64,000 bases of DNA from Flavobacteriaceae bacterium (GTDB taxonomy: Bacteria; Bacteroidota; Bacteroidia; Flavobacteriales; Flavobacteriaceae): positions 3,143 to 67,142 of the forward strand of contig CBFHJN010000002.1 in the NCBI GenBank assembly GCA_965655805.1, given 5' to 3'. This document shows positions 37,947 through 47,268 of the stretch, in pieces. The translations under genes were made by a program, and so were the position numbers. The notes under the pieces are model-generated. The model was not told the DNA's origin, did not search any database, and saw only the letters and a list, made by a program, of their open reading frames with translations. Positions within the stretch are counted from its first letter, which is position 1, and each line of letters starts with the position of its first letter.

Positions 37947-39278
37947 GTGAAACCATACATCATAAGTTTATTCACGATACTTGTTATTTTAGGTTGTTCA
38001 TCAGATACGGATACAATTTCTGAAATCACTACAACTCCTGTGGCCATTACATCAGTTACAACTCTTGGTGGTTCTAAAAATGAGAGTGGTCAATCCGTTA
38101 TTAAAACATCAGATGGTGGTTATGCCATTTTAGGTTTCACACAAAGTATAGATGGTGATATAACTGATAAACTTACTGAAACTTATGATTATTGGGTACT
38201 GAAATTCAATATGAATCACGAGTTGCAATGGTCTAAAACCTATGGTGGATCCGGAGATGATCGTGGTGAAAAAATAGCACAAACACCAGATGGTGGCTTT
38301 GCCATTTTAGGTTATAGCAGCAGTAATGATGGTGATATAACAACAAATGCAGGCGCTCAAGATTATTGGTTAGCCAAACTCGATACTAACGGAAATTTAT
38401 TGTGGCAAAAATCATATGGTTATATAGGTTCTGATCGTGGAACAACTATGATAATAACTAATGATGGTGGTTTTTTTATAACAGGAATTTTAGATGTTTC
38501 GGCATCTGGTGGTGCTGGAAATACTAAAAATGCTAGTTCCAAGCATGCAGGAGGCGATTATTGGGCTTTAAAATTAGACAGTCAAGGCACCATTGAATGG
38601 AGCAAATATTATGGCGGCAGTTTCACAGACTCTCCTTTTGATGCCATCCAAACAAACGATGGCGAATATATTATTGTTGGTTCATCAGATAGCGATGATG
38701 TAGATATCACCAATAATATTGGAGATTATGATTTTTGGGTGATAAAAATTTCTAACTCGGGAGCTATTATTTGGGAGAAAAACTTTGGAGGAACTCAAAT
38801 AGATGAAGCGCGTGGTATTGTTGATTCGGGTGACGGAAATTTCCTAATTATTGGCGACACACGTAGTAGTGATATTCAAATTTCCAATAATAAAGGAGCC
38901 GCAGATTTATGGCTCATAAAAATAACACCTTCAGGAAATCTTATTTGGGAAAAAACCTTTGGTGGTAGCAGTTTTGATGCTGGACGCTCAATTTCAAAAA
39001 CAAACAACAATAACTTCATTATATCTGGTAGTTCCCGAAGCACTGATGGTAATTTATCAAACAACAATGGTCGAAATGATGCCTGGATACTGAAAGTCGA
39101 TTCCAATGGAACAATCATTAACCAAAAAACAGTAGGTGGATTGGCAATTGACTATTGCTACAGCGCAATTGAATTAGACGACAGCACCATTATTGCTGTT
39201 GGCGAAACGAGTAGTGCTGAAGGTGATATTTTAGAAAATAAAGGATTTACAGACTTGTTAGTAATAAACATAAAATGA
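37947..39278 (+). CDS. Beta-propeller repeat lipoprotein of unknown function
   Basis: GTG start, lipobox ILGC-SSD, and about seven ~55-aa repeats (W.K.YGGS..D....T.DGG....G...D.W..K.D..G). Confidence 0.8.
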   Translation: MKPYIISLFTILVILGCSSDTDTISEITTTPVAITSVTTLGGSKNESGQSVIKTSDGGYAILGFTQSIDGDITDKLTETYDYWVLKFNMNHELQWSKTYGGSGDDRGEKIAQTPDGGFAILGYSSSNDGDITTNAGAQDYWLAKLDTNGNLLWQKSYGYIGSDRGTTMIITNDGGFFITGILDVSASGGAGNTKNASSKHAGGDYWALKLDSQGTIEWSKYYGGSFTDSPFDAIQTNDGEYIIVGSSDSDDVDITNNIGDYDFWVIKISNSGAIIWEKNFGGTQIDEARGIVDSGDGNFLIIGDTRSSDIQISNNKGAADLWLIKITPSGNLIWEKTFGGSSFDAGRSISKTNNNNFIISGSSRSTDGNLSNNNGRNDAWILKVDSNGTIINQKTVGGLAIDYCYSAIELDDSTIIAVGETSSAEGDILENKGFTDLLVINIK

Positions 39279-40045
39279 AAAAAATCATATCTATATTAGT
39301 TTTGTCACTTGTTATGCTGTCATGTACAGATGATAATGACGATAATTTATCTCCTCCACAACCTCAAGCGGAAATAACATTTAATTTTACTCATAATTGG
39401 GATGAAACTACCATCAATAGTAGTAATCTTCAATCCGAAACCGTTACGAACGCCAATGGTGAAATTATGACAATGACGAGATTACGCTACTTGGTATCAC
39501 GTTTAGAATTAACCAATTCAAACGGACAAACATATAGTTTTGATGGGTATAAGTTTACCGATTTATTGGATGAAGCCACCTATAACTTTTCACCTGTAAA
39601 TAATAGTATTCCAATTGGAACGTACACCTTAAAATTTATATGGGGATTTAATGAGACAGATAACACAGATGGTGCCTATCCAGATTTAAATAGTGCCTCA
39701 TGGAATTGGCCTGCTATGTTAGGTGGTGGTTACCACTTTATGCAACTCGACGGCATGTATAATTTAGACACAACTGGAATGCCTTATAATTTTCACAATG
39801 GAACCGCTCGTGTAAGTCCAGATGTTTTTGAGCAGAATTTTGCCGAAATATTACTGCCAACTACAATAAACATTACAAACAACGCAACTATTGAAGTAAA
39901 AATGAATATTGCCGAATTCTTTAAAAACCCAAACACTTGGGATTTAAATGTATTGGACACGCCATTAATGCCTAATTATGATGCACAAAAAATGATGCAG
40001 GCTAATGTGGCAACGGTATTTTCAATAGGAACCATTTCACAATAA
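39275..40045 (+). CDS. mbnP: MbnP-family putative copper-binding lipoprotein
   Basis: Lipobox MLSC-TDD, motif SWNWPAMLGGGYHFMQL (WxW at 39701-39709), FHNG. ATGA overlap with the upstream gene, and directly upstream of an MbnH-like gene. Confidence 0.75.
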   Translation: MKKIISILVLSLVMLSCTDDNDDNLSPPQPQAEITFNFTHNWDETTINSSNLQSETVTNANGEIMTMTRLRYLVSRLELTNSNGQTYSFDGYKFTDLLDEATYNFSPVNNSIPIGTYTLKFIWGFNETDNTDGAYPDLNSASWNWPAMLGGGYHFMQLDGMYNLDTTGMPYNFHNGTARVSPDVFEQNFAEILLPTTINITNNATIEVKMNIAEFFKNPNTWDLNVLDTPLMPNYDAQKMMQANVATVFSIGTISQ

Positions 40046-40053
40046 ACATAAAT

Positions 40054-41124
40054 ATGAATAAATTATTAACATACACACTTGTCATTTGTTGCGCTTTTTT
40101 AACGAGTTGCAATGACGAAAGTATGGAGACCTATGTTAATAAACCCACAGCCCAACCATTACCTATTCCAACATTATTTGAGCAACTCTTAATCAATCCT
40201 ATCATTCCAATTGATAATCCGCAGACAGTTGAAGGTATTGCTCTGGGGAAAAAATTATTTTTTGATCGCATACTTTCTGCTAACAATACACAAGCCTGCG
40301 CCTCTTGCCACAGTCCAAGAAATGCTTTTACAGATAACTCCCAATTTAGTGATGGAATTGATGGTATTTTTGGAACCAGAAACTCGATGCCTTTGTTTAA
40401 CCTAGCGTGGAATTATGACGAAAATTTCTTTTGGGATGGTCATGCTTTTAGTTTGGAACATCAAGCCCTAGAACCTGTTGAAAACCCTATAGAAATGCAC
40501 AATACTTGGGAAACTGTTATTTCCAGACTCCAACAGCACCCTGAATATCCAAATCTTTTTACTGCTGCTTTTGGCGAAGGTGCTATTAATAGAGAAAAAG
40601 CAACCAAAGCCATTGCGCAATTTGAACGCACGCTAATTTCAGCTAACTCCAAATTTGATAAATATTTATTAGGTGAGGCCACATTAACACCTCAAGAAAC
40701 CAACGGTTTAAACGTTTTTATGGACGAAACACGAGGCGACTGTTTTCATTGTCATGGGAACGCAAATAACCCCTTATGGACTGATAATATGTTTCATAAT
40801 AACGGGCTGGATGCTACCTTTTCAGATTTAGGATTAGGTGCTGTAACTGGCGATCCTTCGGATAATGGCAAATTTAAATCGCCTTCGCTTCGTAATTTAG
40901 CCTATACAGCTCCTTACATGCATGATGGTCGGTTTCTTACTTTAGATGATGTCATCAATCACTACAGTGAAGGTTTACAAAACTCACCAACCATAGATCC
41001 CTTGATGAAAAAAGTAGCCCAAGGCGGTGTGCAATTAACCGATCAAGATAAAGCGGATTTAAAAGCTTTTTTACTCACATTATCCGATCCGTCTTTTATA
41101 AATAATCCAGAATTTCAAAATTAA
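40054..41124 (+). CDS. mbnH: Di-heme bCcP/MauG-superfamily protein, MbnH-like lipoprotein
   Basis: CASCH and CFHCH, GKKLFFD, RNSMPL, FFWDG and FKSPSLRNL...PYMHDG. Lipobox LTSC-NDE. Confidence 0.85.
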   Translation: MNKLLTYTLVICCAFLTSCNDESMETYVNKPTAQPLPIPTLFEQLLINPIIPIDNPQTVEGIALGKKLFFDRILSANNTQACASCHSPRNAFTDNSQFSDGIDGIFGTRNSMPLFNLAWNYDENFFWDGHAFSLEHQALEPVENPIEMHNTWETVISRLQQHPEYPNLFTAAFGEGAINREKATKAIAQFERTLISANSKFDKYLLGEATLTPQETNGLNVFMDETRGDCFHCHGNANNPLWTDNMFHNNGLDATFSDLGLGAVTGDPSDNGKFKSPSLRNLAYTAPYMHDGRFLTLDDVINHYSEGLQNSPTIDPLMKKVAQGGVQLTDQDKADLKAFLLTLSDPSFINNPEFQN

Positions 41125-41243
41125 ACTTCGTGCCATTCTATCCTTTTTAGCCGTATGGCGATTAGCATATTTTCATAACTTTTGTCTATACACATATCTG
41201 TTAATATCATGTAAGGTTATATGGTAATCCATGACTTATATTG

Positions 41244-41251
41244 TATATTTG
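41244..41251 (+). promoter_or_regulatory. -7 element (TATATTTG) of the suf operon
   Basis: Exact motif. The track TTG start at 41241 overlaps it, which supports ATG 41283. Confidence 0.7.
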
Positions 41252-41256
41252 CATAC

Positions 41257-41277
41257 TATTTAGAGCAAATCTAATTA
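41257..41277. promoter_or_regulatory. Fur-like operator over the suf transcription start
   Basis: TAT-TTAGA-GCAAA-TCTAA-TTA, a perfect TTAGA-N5-TCTAA inverted repeat starting 5 nt after the -7 element. Confidence 0.6.
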
Positions 41278-41282
41278 AGACT

Positions 41283-41612
41283 ATGATAAAAGTTTCTGAA
41301 ACAGCAAAAAAGAAAGTCGTTGAATTAATGACTGAAGATGGCTACAACGCAACAACCGACTATGTTCGTGTTGGCGTAAAAAGTGGTGGCTGCTCTGGTT
41401 TGTCTTACGATTTGAAGTTTGATAAAACCCAAGTAGATGGTGATAAGGTTTTTGAAGATAATGGCGTTAAAATCATTATAGATAAAAAAAGCTTTTTATA
41501 CCTCATTGGAACCACTTTAGAGTATTCTGGTGGTTTAAACGGAACAGGTTTTGTTTTTAACAATCCCAATGCCAATAGAACCTGTGGTTGTGGTGAATCA
41601 TTTTCACTGTAA
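41283..41612 (+). CDS. sufA: A-type Fe-S carrier (HesB/IscA/SufA)
   Basis: GGCSGLSY and C-terminal CGCGESF. Confidence 0.93.
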   Translation: MIKVSETAKKKVVELMTEDGYNATTDYVRVGVKSGGCSGLSYDLKFDKTQVDGDKVFEDNGVKIIIDKKSFLYLIGTTLEYSGGLNGTGFVFNNPNANRTCGCGESFSL

Positions 41613-41616
41613 AAAA

Positions 41617-41645
41617 GCCCATCCTAACCTTCCCAAAGGAAAGGA
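41617..41645. repeat. REP-like element, family C, between sufA and sufB
   Basis: GCCCATCCTAA-CCTTCCC-AAA-GGAAAGG-A, a GC-rich hairpin resembling a recurrent Bacteroidota extragenic motif. Only one copy in this window. Confidence 0.5.
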
Positions 41646-41665
41646 ATTAAAAAAGAAAAACACAC

Positions 41666-43114
41666 ATGAGTAAATATACAGAAGACGATTTAAGAGAAGA
41701 ACTAAAAACCAAGGAATACGAATACGGTTTCTATACAGATATCGAATCGGATACATTTCCTGTTGGTTTAAATGAAGATATCGTTCGGGCTATTTCTAAA
41801 AAGAAAGAAGAACCCGAATGGATGACAGAATGGCGATTGGAAGCCTTTCGTGTTTGGCAAACTATGGAAGAGCCTGATTGGGCGAATGTACACTATCAAA
41901 AACCCGATTTTCAAGCCATTTCCTATTACTCTGCTCCTAATAGTAAACCAAAATATGATAGTTTGGACGACGTGGATCCAGAATTACTGGAAACCTTCAA
42001 AAAACTAGGTATTTCCATAGATGAGCAAAAAAAACTTGCCAATGTAGCAATGGATGTGGTGGTTGATTCTGTTTCCGTAGCAACAACTTTCAAAAAAACA
42101 TTAGGTGAGAAAGGTATTATTTTCATGAGTATTTCGGAAGCTATTAAAGAGCATCCTGAACTCGTCAGAAAACATTTAGGAACGGTTGTACCACAAAAAG
42201 ATAACTTTTATGCCGCTTTAAATTCGGCTGTTTTTAGTGATGGTTCGTTCTGTTACATTCCAAAAGGCGTTCGCTGCCCAATGGAATTATCTACCTATTT
42301 CCGAATTAATCAAGCAGGAACTGGTCAGTTTGAAAGAACCCTTGTAGTTGCAGACGAAGGTAGTTATGTCAGTTATCTAGAAGGTTGTACAGCGCCAAGT
42401 CGTGATGAAAATCAACTACACGCTGCTGTCGTAGAACTGATTGCCCTAGATGATGCTGAAATTAAATACTCAACCGTTCAAAACTGGTATCCAGGAAACG
42501 CGGAAGGAAAAGGTGGTGTTTTTAACTTTGTAACCAAACGTGGTTTATGCGAAAAGAACGCTAAAATTTCATGGACGCAAGTAGAAACAGGTTCGGCAGT
42601 AACATGGAAATATCCAAGCTGTGTGCTAAAAGGTGATAACTCGGTAGGCGAATTTTATTCCATAGCAGTTACTAATAATTTTCAGCAAGCTGATACGGGA
42701 ACCAAGATGATCCATTTAGGAAAAAACACCAAATCGACTATTATATCTAAAGGTATTTCAGCCGGAAAATCGCAAAATTCCTATAGAGGTTTAGTACAAA
42801 TTAGCGCACGCGCTGAAAATGCTCGAAACTTTTCGCAATGTGATAGTTTGTTGATGGGTAATGAATGTGGCGCACATACCTTCCCGTATATTGAAGCTAA
42901 AAATAAATCGGCCATAATTGAACACGAAGCAACGACTAGTAAAATTGGTGAAGATCAAATTTTTTATTGCAACCAACGTGGCATTGACACCGAGAAAGCC
43001 ATCGCACTTATTGTAAACGGCTTTAGTAAAGAGGTATTAAATAAACTCCCAATGGAATTTGCTGTTGAAGCGCAAAAACTTTTAGAAATTAGTTTGGAAG
43101 GTTCTGTTGGCTAA
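41666..43114 (+). CDS. sufB: Fe-S cluster assembly protein SufB
   Basis: [31 protein letters not shown] and EHEATTS. Confidence 0.98.
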   Translation: MSKYTEDDLREELKTKEYEYGFYTDIESDTFPVGLNEDIVRAISKKKEEPEWMTEWRLEAFRVWQTMEEPDWANVHYQKPDFQAISYYSAPNSKPKYDSLDDVDPELLETFKKLGISIDEQKKLANVAMDVVVDSVSVATTFKKTLGEKGIIFMSISEAIKEHPELVRKHLGTVVPQKDNFYAALNSAVFSDGSFCYIPKGVRCPMELSTYFRINQAGTGQFERTLVVADEGSYVSYLEGCTAPSRDENQLHAAVVELIALDDAEIKYSTVQNWYPGNAEGKGGVFNFVTKRGLCEKNAKISWTQVETGSAVTWKYPSCVLKGDNSVGEFYSIAVTNNFQQADTGTKMIHLGKNTKSTIISKGISAGKSQNSYRGLVQISARAENARNFSQCDSLLMGNECGAHTFPYIEAKNKSAIIEHEATTSKIGEDQIFYCNQRGIDTEKAIALIVNGFSKEVLNKLPMEFAVEAQKLLEISLEGSVG

Positions 43115-43146
43115 ATAAAATAATCAATCTTTTTAGGAATATTAAT

Positions 43147-43578
43147 ATGAAAAAAACAGCCATTCTTTTACTATTATCTATTGTTTTTATTAGTTGTAAA
43201 AATGATAGCAAAAGCGAAGAAACAACCACAAAAACGGAATCTATTGATTTGGATGGTCCTAATAGAACAGCAAAACAAAGTGACGGACTTACCTTATTAA
43301 AAGGTGAATTTGTTTATTATGAAGATGCAGCCGTTCTACAAACACATCGTGAAGTATACGGTGTTGTTTTAGATGATAAAATGACCGAACTTAATAAAAT
43401 GGCTGAAGCCTATAAAAAAGAACCAACAGATTACGCAACGGTTTCTATCCGTGGCAAAATTATACCCAAACCAGAAAACGAAGAAGGCTGGCCTTTTCGT
43501 GTAGAAATAAAAGAAATTTTAAGTGTTTCAGCTTCAAATCCTGAAACGAATAATGTAGTAAAATTGGAATCCAAATAA
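43147..43578 (+). CDS. Lipoprotein inserted between sufB and sufC, possibly with an NlpE C-terminal OB-fold-like domain
   Basis: Lipobox FISC-KND. LKGEFVYYEDAAVL...VSIRGKI resembles the NlpE_C start. One nt separates its stop from the sufC ATG. Confidence 0.65.
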   Translation: MKKTAILLLLSIVFISCKNDSKSEETTTKTESIDLDGPNRTAKQSDGLTLLKGEFVYYEDAAVLQTHREVYGVVLDDKMTELNKMAEAYKKEPTDYATVSIRGKIIPKPENEEGWPFRVEIKEILSVSASNPETNNVVKLESK

Positions 43579-43579
43579 G

Positions 43580-44332
43580 ATGTTAAAAATAAACAATTTA
43601 CACGCAAGTGTCGACGATAAAGCCATTTTAAAAGGCATAAATTTAGAAGTAAATCCAGGCGAAGTTCACGCTATTATGGGGCCAAATGGATCCGGAAAAA
43701 GCACGCTGGCTTCTGTAATTGCCGGAAAAGAAGAATATGAAGTTACCCAAGGTAGCATTGTTTTAGAAAATGAAGATATTGATGAGTTAGCTGCTGAAGA
43801 GCGTGCACACAAAGGTATTTTCTTATCTTTCCAATATCCTGTTGAAATTCCTGGTGTCTCAGTTACCAACTTTATCAAAACGGCTATTAACGAAACCCGT
43901 AAATCTAAAGGTTTAGAGGACATGCCAGCAAAAGACATGCTAAAACTTATTCGTGAAAAAGCAGAGCTATTAGAAATGGATCGTAAATTCTTGTCACGCT
44001 CTTTAAACGAAGGTTTCTCGGGTGGTGAAAAGAAACGAAATGAAATTTTCCAGATGGCTATGTTAGAGCCAAAATTGGCAATTTTAGATGAAACCGATTC
44101 TGGTTTAGATATTGATGCCTTGCGCATTGTTGCCAATGGTGTTAACAAACTTAAAAGTAAAGACAATGCGGTTATCGTTATTACGCACTACCAACGTTTA
44201 TTAGATTATATCGTTCCAGATTTTGTTCATGTATTACACGAAGGACGTATTGTAAAAACAGGTGGTAAAGAATTAGCACATGAACTGGAAGAAAAAGGTT
44301 ACGACTGGATTAAAGAAGAAGTAAACGCGTAG
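43580..44332 (+). CDS. sufC: Fe-S cluster assembly ATPase SufC
   Basis: GPNGSGKST, FQYP, FSGGE, ILDETDSGLD and ITHYQRLL. Confidence 0.98.
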   Translation: MLKINNLHASVDDKAILKGINLEVNPGEVHAIMGPNGSGKSTLASVIAGKEEYEVTQGSIVLENEDIDELAAEERAHKGIFLSFQYPVEIPGVSVTNFIKTAINETRKSKGLEDMPAKDMLKLIREKAELLEMDRKFLSRSLNEGFSGGEKKRNEIFQMAMLEPKLAILDETDSGLDIDALRIVANGVNKLKSKDNAVIVITHYQRLLDYIVPDFVHVLHEGRIVKTGGKELAHELEEKGYDWIKEEVNA

Positions 44333-44411
44333 TAACATTCAAAGTTTAGTATTCCAAATTCAAGGTTGTGAAAACCTATTAATTGAATTGGAAAACTTTA
44401 AAGATTAAAAC

Positions 44412-45725
44412 ATGGAATTAAAAGATAAATTAGTATCCTCATTTATGGCCTTCGAAGATGGTATCGATATCGATTCGCCAGTGCATGATATTAGAAGTGA
44501 AGCTATAAAAACCTTTGAAAGCAATGGTTTTCCTAGTAAGAAAGATGAAGCTTGGAAATACACGTCCCTAAATAGCATTTTGAAACACGATTATAGTGTA
44601 TTTCCAAAACAGGAAAATGCGTTAGATTATCAAGATGTTAAAAAGTACTTTATTCACGATATTGATACCTATAAAATTGTTTTTATAGACGGTAAATATT
44701 CGTCGTATTTATCTGAAACAACGCATGAAGGTATTGATGTTTGCCTGATGTCATCCGCTTTAAACAAACCAAAATATCGCTTAATAATTGAAAACTATTT
44801 CAATAAAATAGCTACGAAAGACAGTATAACTTCATTAAATACGGCATTCTCGCAAGAAGGTGCTTACATTCACATTCCAAAGAATAAAATGGTAGCGAAG
44901 CCGATTCAGATTATTCATTTTTCCACAGGAAATGAATCGGCTCTCATGTTACAACCGCGTAACTTAATTGTGGTAGATGAAAATTCGCATGTACAAATTA
45001 TAGAGCGTCATCAAAGTTTAACAGACAATCCTGTTTTAACAAATTCTGTTACCGAAATTCATACAAATAAGCGTGCTATTGTGGATTATTATAAAATTCA
45101 AAATGACAACGCGAATGCATCTTTAATTGATAGCACGTTTATTAATCAGAAGCGTGAAAGTCATACATCTGTGCATACCTTCTCATTTGGAGGAAAACTA
45201 ACCCGTAACAATTTGAATTTCTACCAAAATGGTGAACGCATAGATTCCACCTTGAAAGGCGTGACTATTATTGGCAACAAACAACACGTAGACCACAATA
45301 CTTTAGTACACCATATTGAACCTAATTGCGAAAGTCACCAAGATTACAAAGGTATTTTTGGAGATAGTTCCACAGGTGTTTTTAACGGAAAAGTTTTGGT
45401 AAATAAAGAAGCGCAAAAAACCAATGCCTTTCAAGCCAACAATAATATTTTAATTAGTGATAAAGCGAGCATTAACACCAAACCACAATTGGAAATTTTT
45501 GCTGATGACGTAAAATGTTCTCATGGTTGTACGATCGGTCAACTTGACGAAAGTGCCATGTTTTATATGCGTTCCAGAGGAATTCCTGAAAAGGAAGCGA
45601 AGGCTTTATTGATGTTTGCTTTTAGTAACAACGTCTTGAGTTCTGTAAAAATTCCTGAAATAAAACAACGTATTACAAAAATTATTGCTCATAAATTGGG
45701 TGTAAATATTGGTTTCGATTTGTAG
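44412..45725 (+). CDS. sufD: Fe-S cluster assembly protein SufD
   Basis: EAWKYT, KPQLEIFADDVKCSHG and FYMRSRGI. Confidence 0.97.
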   Translation: MELKDKLVSSFMAFEDGIDIDSPVHDIRSEAIKTFESNGFPSKKDEAWKYTSLNSILKHDYSVFPKQENALDYQDVKKYFIHDIDTYKIVFIDGKYSSYLSETTHEGIDVCLMSSALNKPKYRLIIENYFNKIATKDSITSLNTAFSQEGAYIHIPKNKMVAKPIQIIHFSTGNESALMLQPRNLIVVDENSHVQIIERHQSLTDNPVLTNSVTEIHTNKRAIVDYYKIQNDNANASLIDSTFINQKRESHTSVHTFSFGGKLTRNNLNFYQNGERIDSTLKGVTIIGNKQHVDHNTLVHHIEPNCESHQDYKGIFGDSSTGVFNGKVLVNKEAQKTNAFQANNNILISDKASINTKPQLEIFADDVKCSHGCTIGQLDESAMFYMRSRGIPEKEAKALLMFAFSNNVLSSVKIPEIKQRITKIIAHKLGVNIGFDL

Positions 45726-45790
45726 TTAAAGCGGAAATAGAATTCTTATTTCGGTGCGTAGCAAACTTTTTTTGTATCTATTTCAATCAA

Positions 45791-45845
45791 TCTGTTGTGT
45801 CTTTTTGCTAAAAAAAGCAAAAAGCATGTCGCTAGTATCTTGGCT
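45791..45845. repeat. Degenerate Flavo-1-like extragenic element
   Basis: TCTGTTGTGTCTTTTTGC-taaaaaaa-GCAAAAAGCATGTCGCTAGTATC. Central hairpin, and flanks resembling the reverse complement of the Flavo-1 motif as I recall it (TCCGCTATATCTTTT...AAAAGGATGCCGCT..ATC). Needs a covariance-model check. Confidence 0.4.
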
Positions 45846-45858
45846 ATTTTTAAATTAA

Positions 45859-46248
45859 AAACAAAGTAAAGACTTCTTTTTACGTTTCAGCTATATTCCA
45901 AATCCAAAGGAGGTTGAGTTTAATATAAACGCCATTCAGTTAATTCCTCACTTAAAATTTGATGTTGTGACGGAATATAATAAAGGATTCTACTTTTTAG
46001 CTGGCCCAAGAATGAGTTTCATTTTATCAGCTGAATATCAATCTGGAACTGATGTTACAGATTTTTATAAAGGTACCAATTTTGCAGCGCAATTAGGTTT
46101 TGGTATTAATATAGCCAACATGTTTGCTATAGAAATTTTAGGCGATTATGGTTTTTCAGATATTTTTGAGGCTGAACCCATGGAAATCAGAACAGCAGGA
46201 GGTTATCTAAATTTTAATATTAATATTGAATCTTTGTTAAGTAAATAA
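45859..46248 (+). pseudogene. 5'-truncated outer-membrane beta-barrel (PorT/OmpA-like) gene fragment
   Basis: The frame is open from 45859, after TAA 45856-45858, with no start codon before GTG 45967 and no signal peptide. FYFLAGPRMSF...FAAQLGFGI...ILGDYGFSDIF is the C-terminal half of such barrels. Confidence 0.65.
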
Positions 46249-46301
46249 TCTGCATTTTCAAAAATCTATTTAGGAACAGATATTCCACATCACTGTTATT
46301 T

Positions 46302-47156
46302 TTACTGGCTACAATTACCGCTTAACATGTCATCTTGAGTAGGATTGTACTCACACCCTGAAGGACTAAAATTACTGATCACAATGGTACCATTAGCAAC
46401 TAAATTAGTTAAGGCACAATAATTATTTAAGCTAACGTTATTATTAATTACTAGGTCATCAACATAAATCAAATTCTCTAAACCATCAAAAGAAATTAAA
46501 CTTGGATTAGATTTCACATCTAAACCTATTTGACTTTCGCCCATAATGCTAGTACAATTTTCTAATCCCACAAAATTAATTAAAGCTGGGTTTTCATTAA
46601 CAAATAGGAATCCACAACTTGTTAAGTTATCTAACCCTTCAAAATTGACTAAACCATTATTATTCTCCAAAATAAAATTTCCTACATACTCAGCAGTATT
46701 AAATCCATTAAAATTAATTAGTGAGTCATTATAATAAATAGATAATTCTCCTATGTTTGCTGGTATATTTATGTTTCCTATAGTTAACAAATTATCGTTT
46801 TCAAAAATAAAAATTCGATCTAAAAAAATTTGATTTGTCAGATTTATTCCTTCTAAACTTGCAAGACTAGTATCTATTATATGAATTTCATTAACTTGAT
46901 TAATACCTGACAATGGTAATAAGCTGTTTATATCATTATTTATAGAAGTCCCAATAATTAAGTTTCCATTAATTCCGGTATAGCATAATGCACCAAAAGC
47001 GTTTACTTCGGCTTGAGTTCCTAAAGTAACGTCTCCTTGAAAAACTCCATTATCTGTACATGGTTCTAAATTTATTACTTGTTCTTGTGCATCATTTTCT
47101 GAAGAACAAGAAAAAACAAACATAATAGTTAAAATAATTAGGTCTAATTTTTTCAT
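46302..47156 (-). CDS. Receptor L-domain / leucine-rich repeat surface lipoprotein
   Basis: Lipobox VFSC-SSE, GDVTLGTQAEVNAF...INGNLII, ~22-aa L..F.GL.NL repeats. Visibly more AT-rich, and antisense to the suf cluster. Confidence 0.8.
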   Translation of the reverse strand: MKKLDLIILTIMFVFSCSSENDAQEQVINLEPCTDNGVFQGDVTLGTQAEVNAFGALCYTGINGNLIIGTSINNDINSLLPLSGINQVNEIHIIDTSLASLEGINLTNQIFLDRIFIFENDNLLTIGNINIPANIGELSIYYNDSLINFNGFNTAEYVGNFILENNNGLVNFEGLDNLTSCGFLFVNENPALINFVGLENCTSIMGESQIGLDVKSNPSLISFDGLENLIYVDDLVINNNVSLNNYCALTNLVANGTIVISNFSPSGCEYNPTQDDMLSGNCSQ

Positions 47157-47256
47157 CTAGTCTTTTTTTGTGATTATGCCACAATATATAAATATTACAC
47201 TAAAATTTATAAGAATTTTAACCCCTTTCAACAATCACTTTTAAAACTACAATCAC

Positions 47257-47264
47257 TAAATTTG
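47257..47264 (+). promoter_or_regulatory. -7 element (TAAATTTG) of sufS, 4 nt before the ATG
   Basis: TAAATTTG-TACT-ATG. Confidence 0.7.
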
Positions 47265-47268
47265 TACT

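Noticed and set aside
36450-41124. Methanobactin biosynthetic cluster
   Set aside because: No precursor peptide, mbnB/mbnC or mbnT is visible. Only the MbnP/MbnH-like pair is present.
47231-47257. Direct repeat ACAATCACT x2 (18-nt period) upstream of sufS, as an operator or target-site duplication
   Set aside because: The repeat is short and AT-rich, does not flank both ends of the insert, and is not seen at other promoters here.
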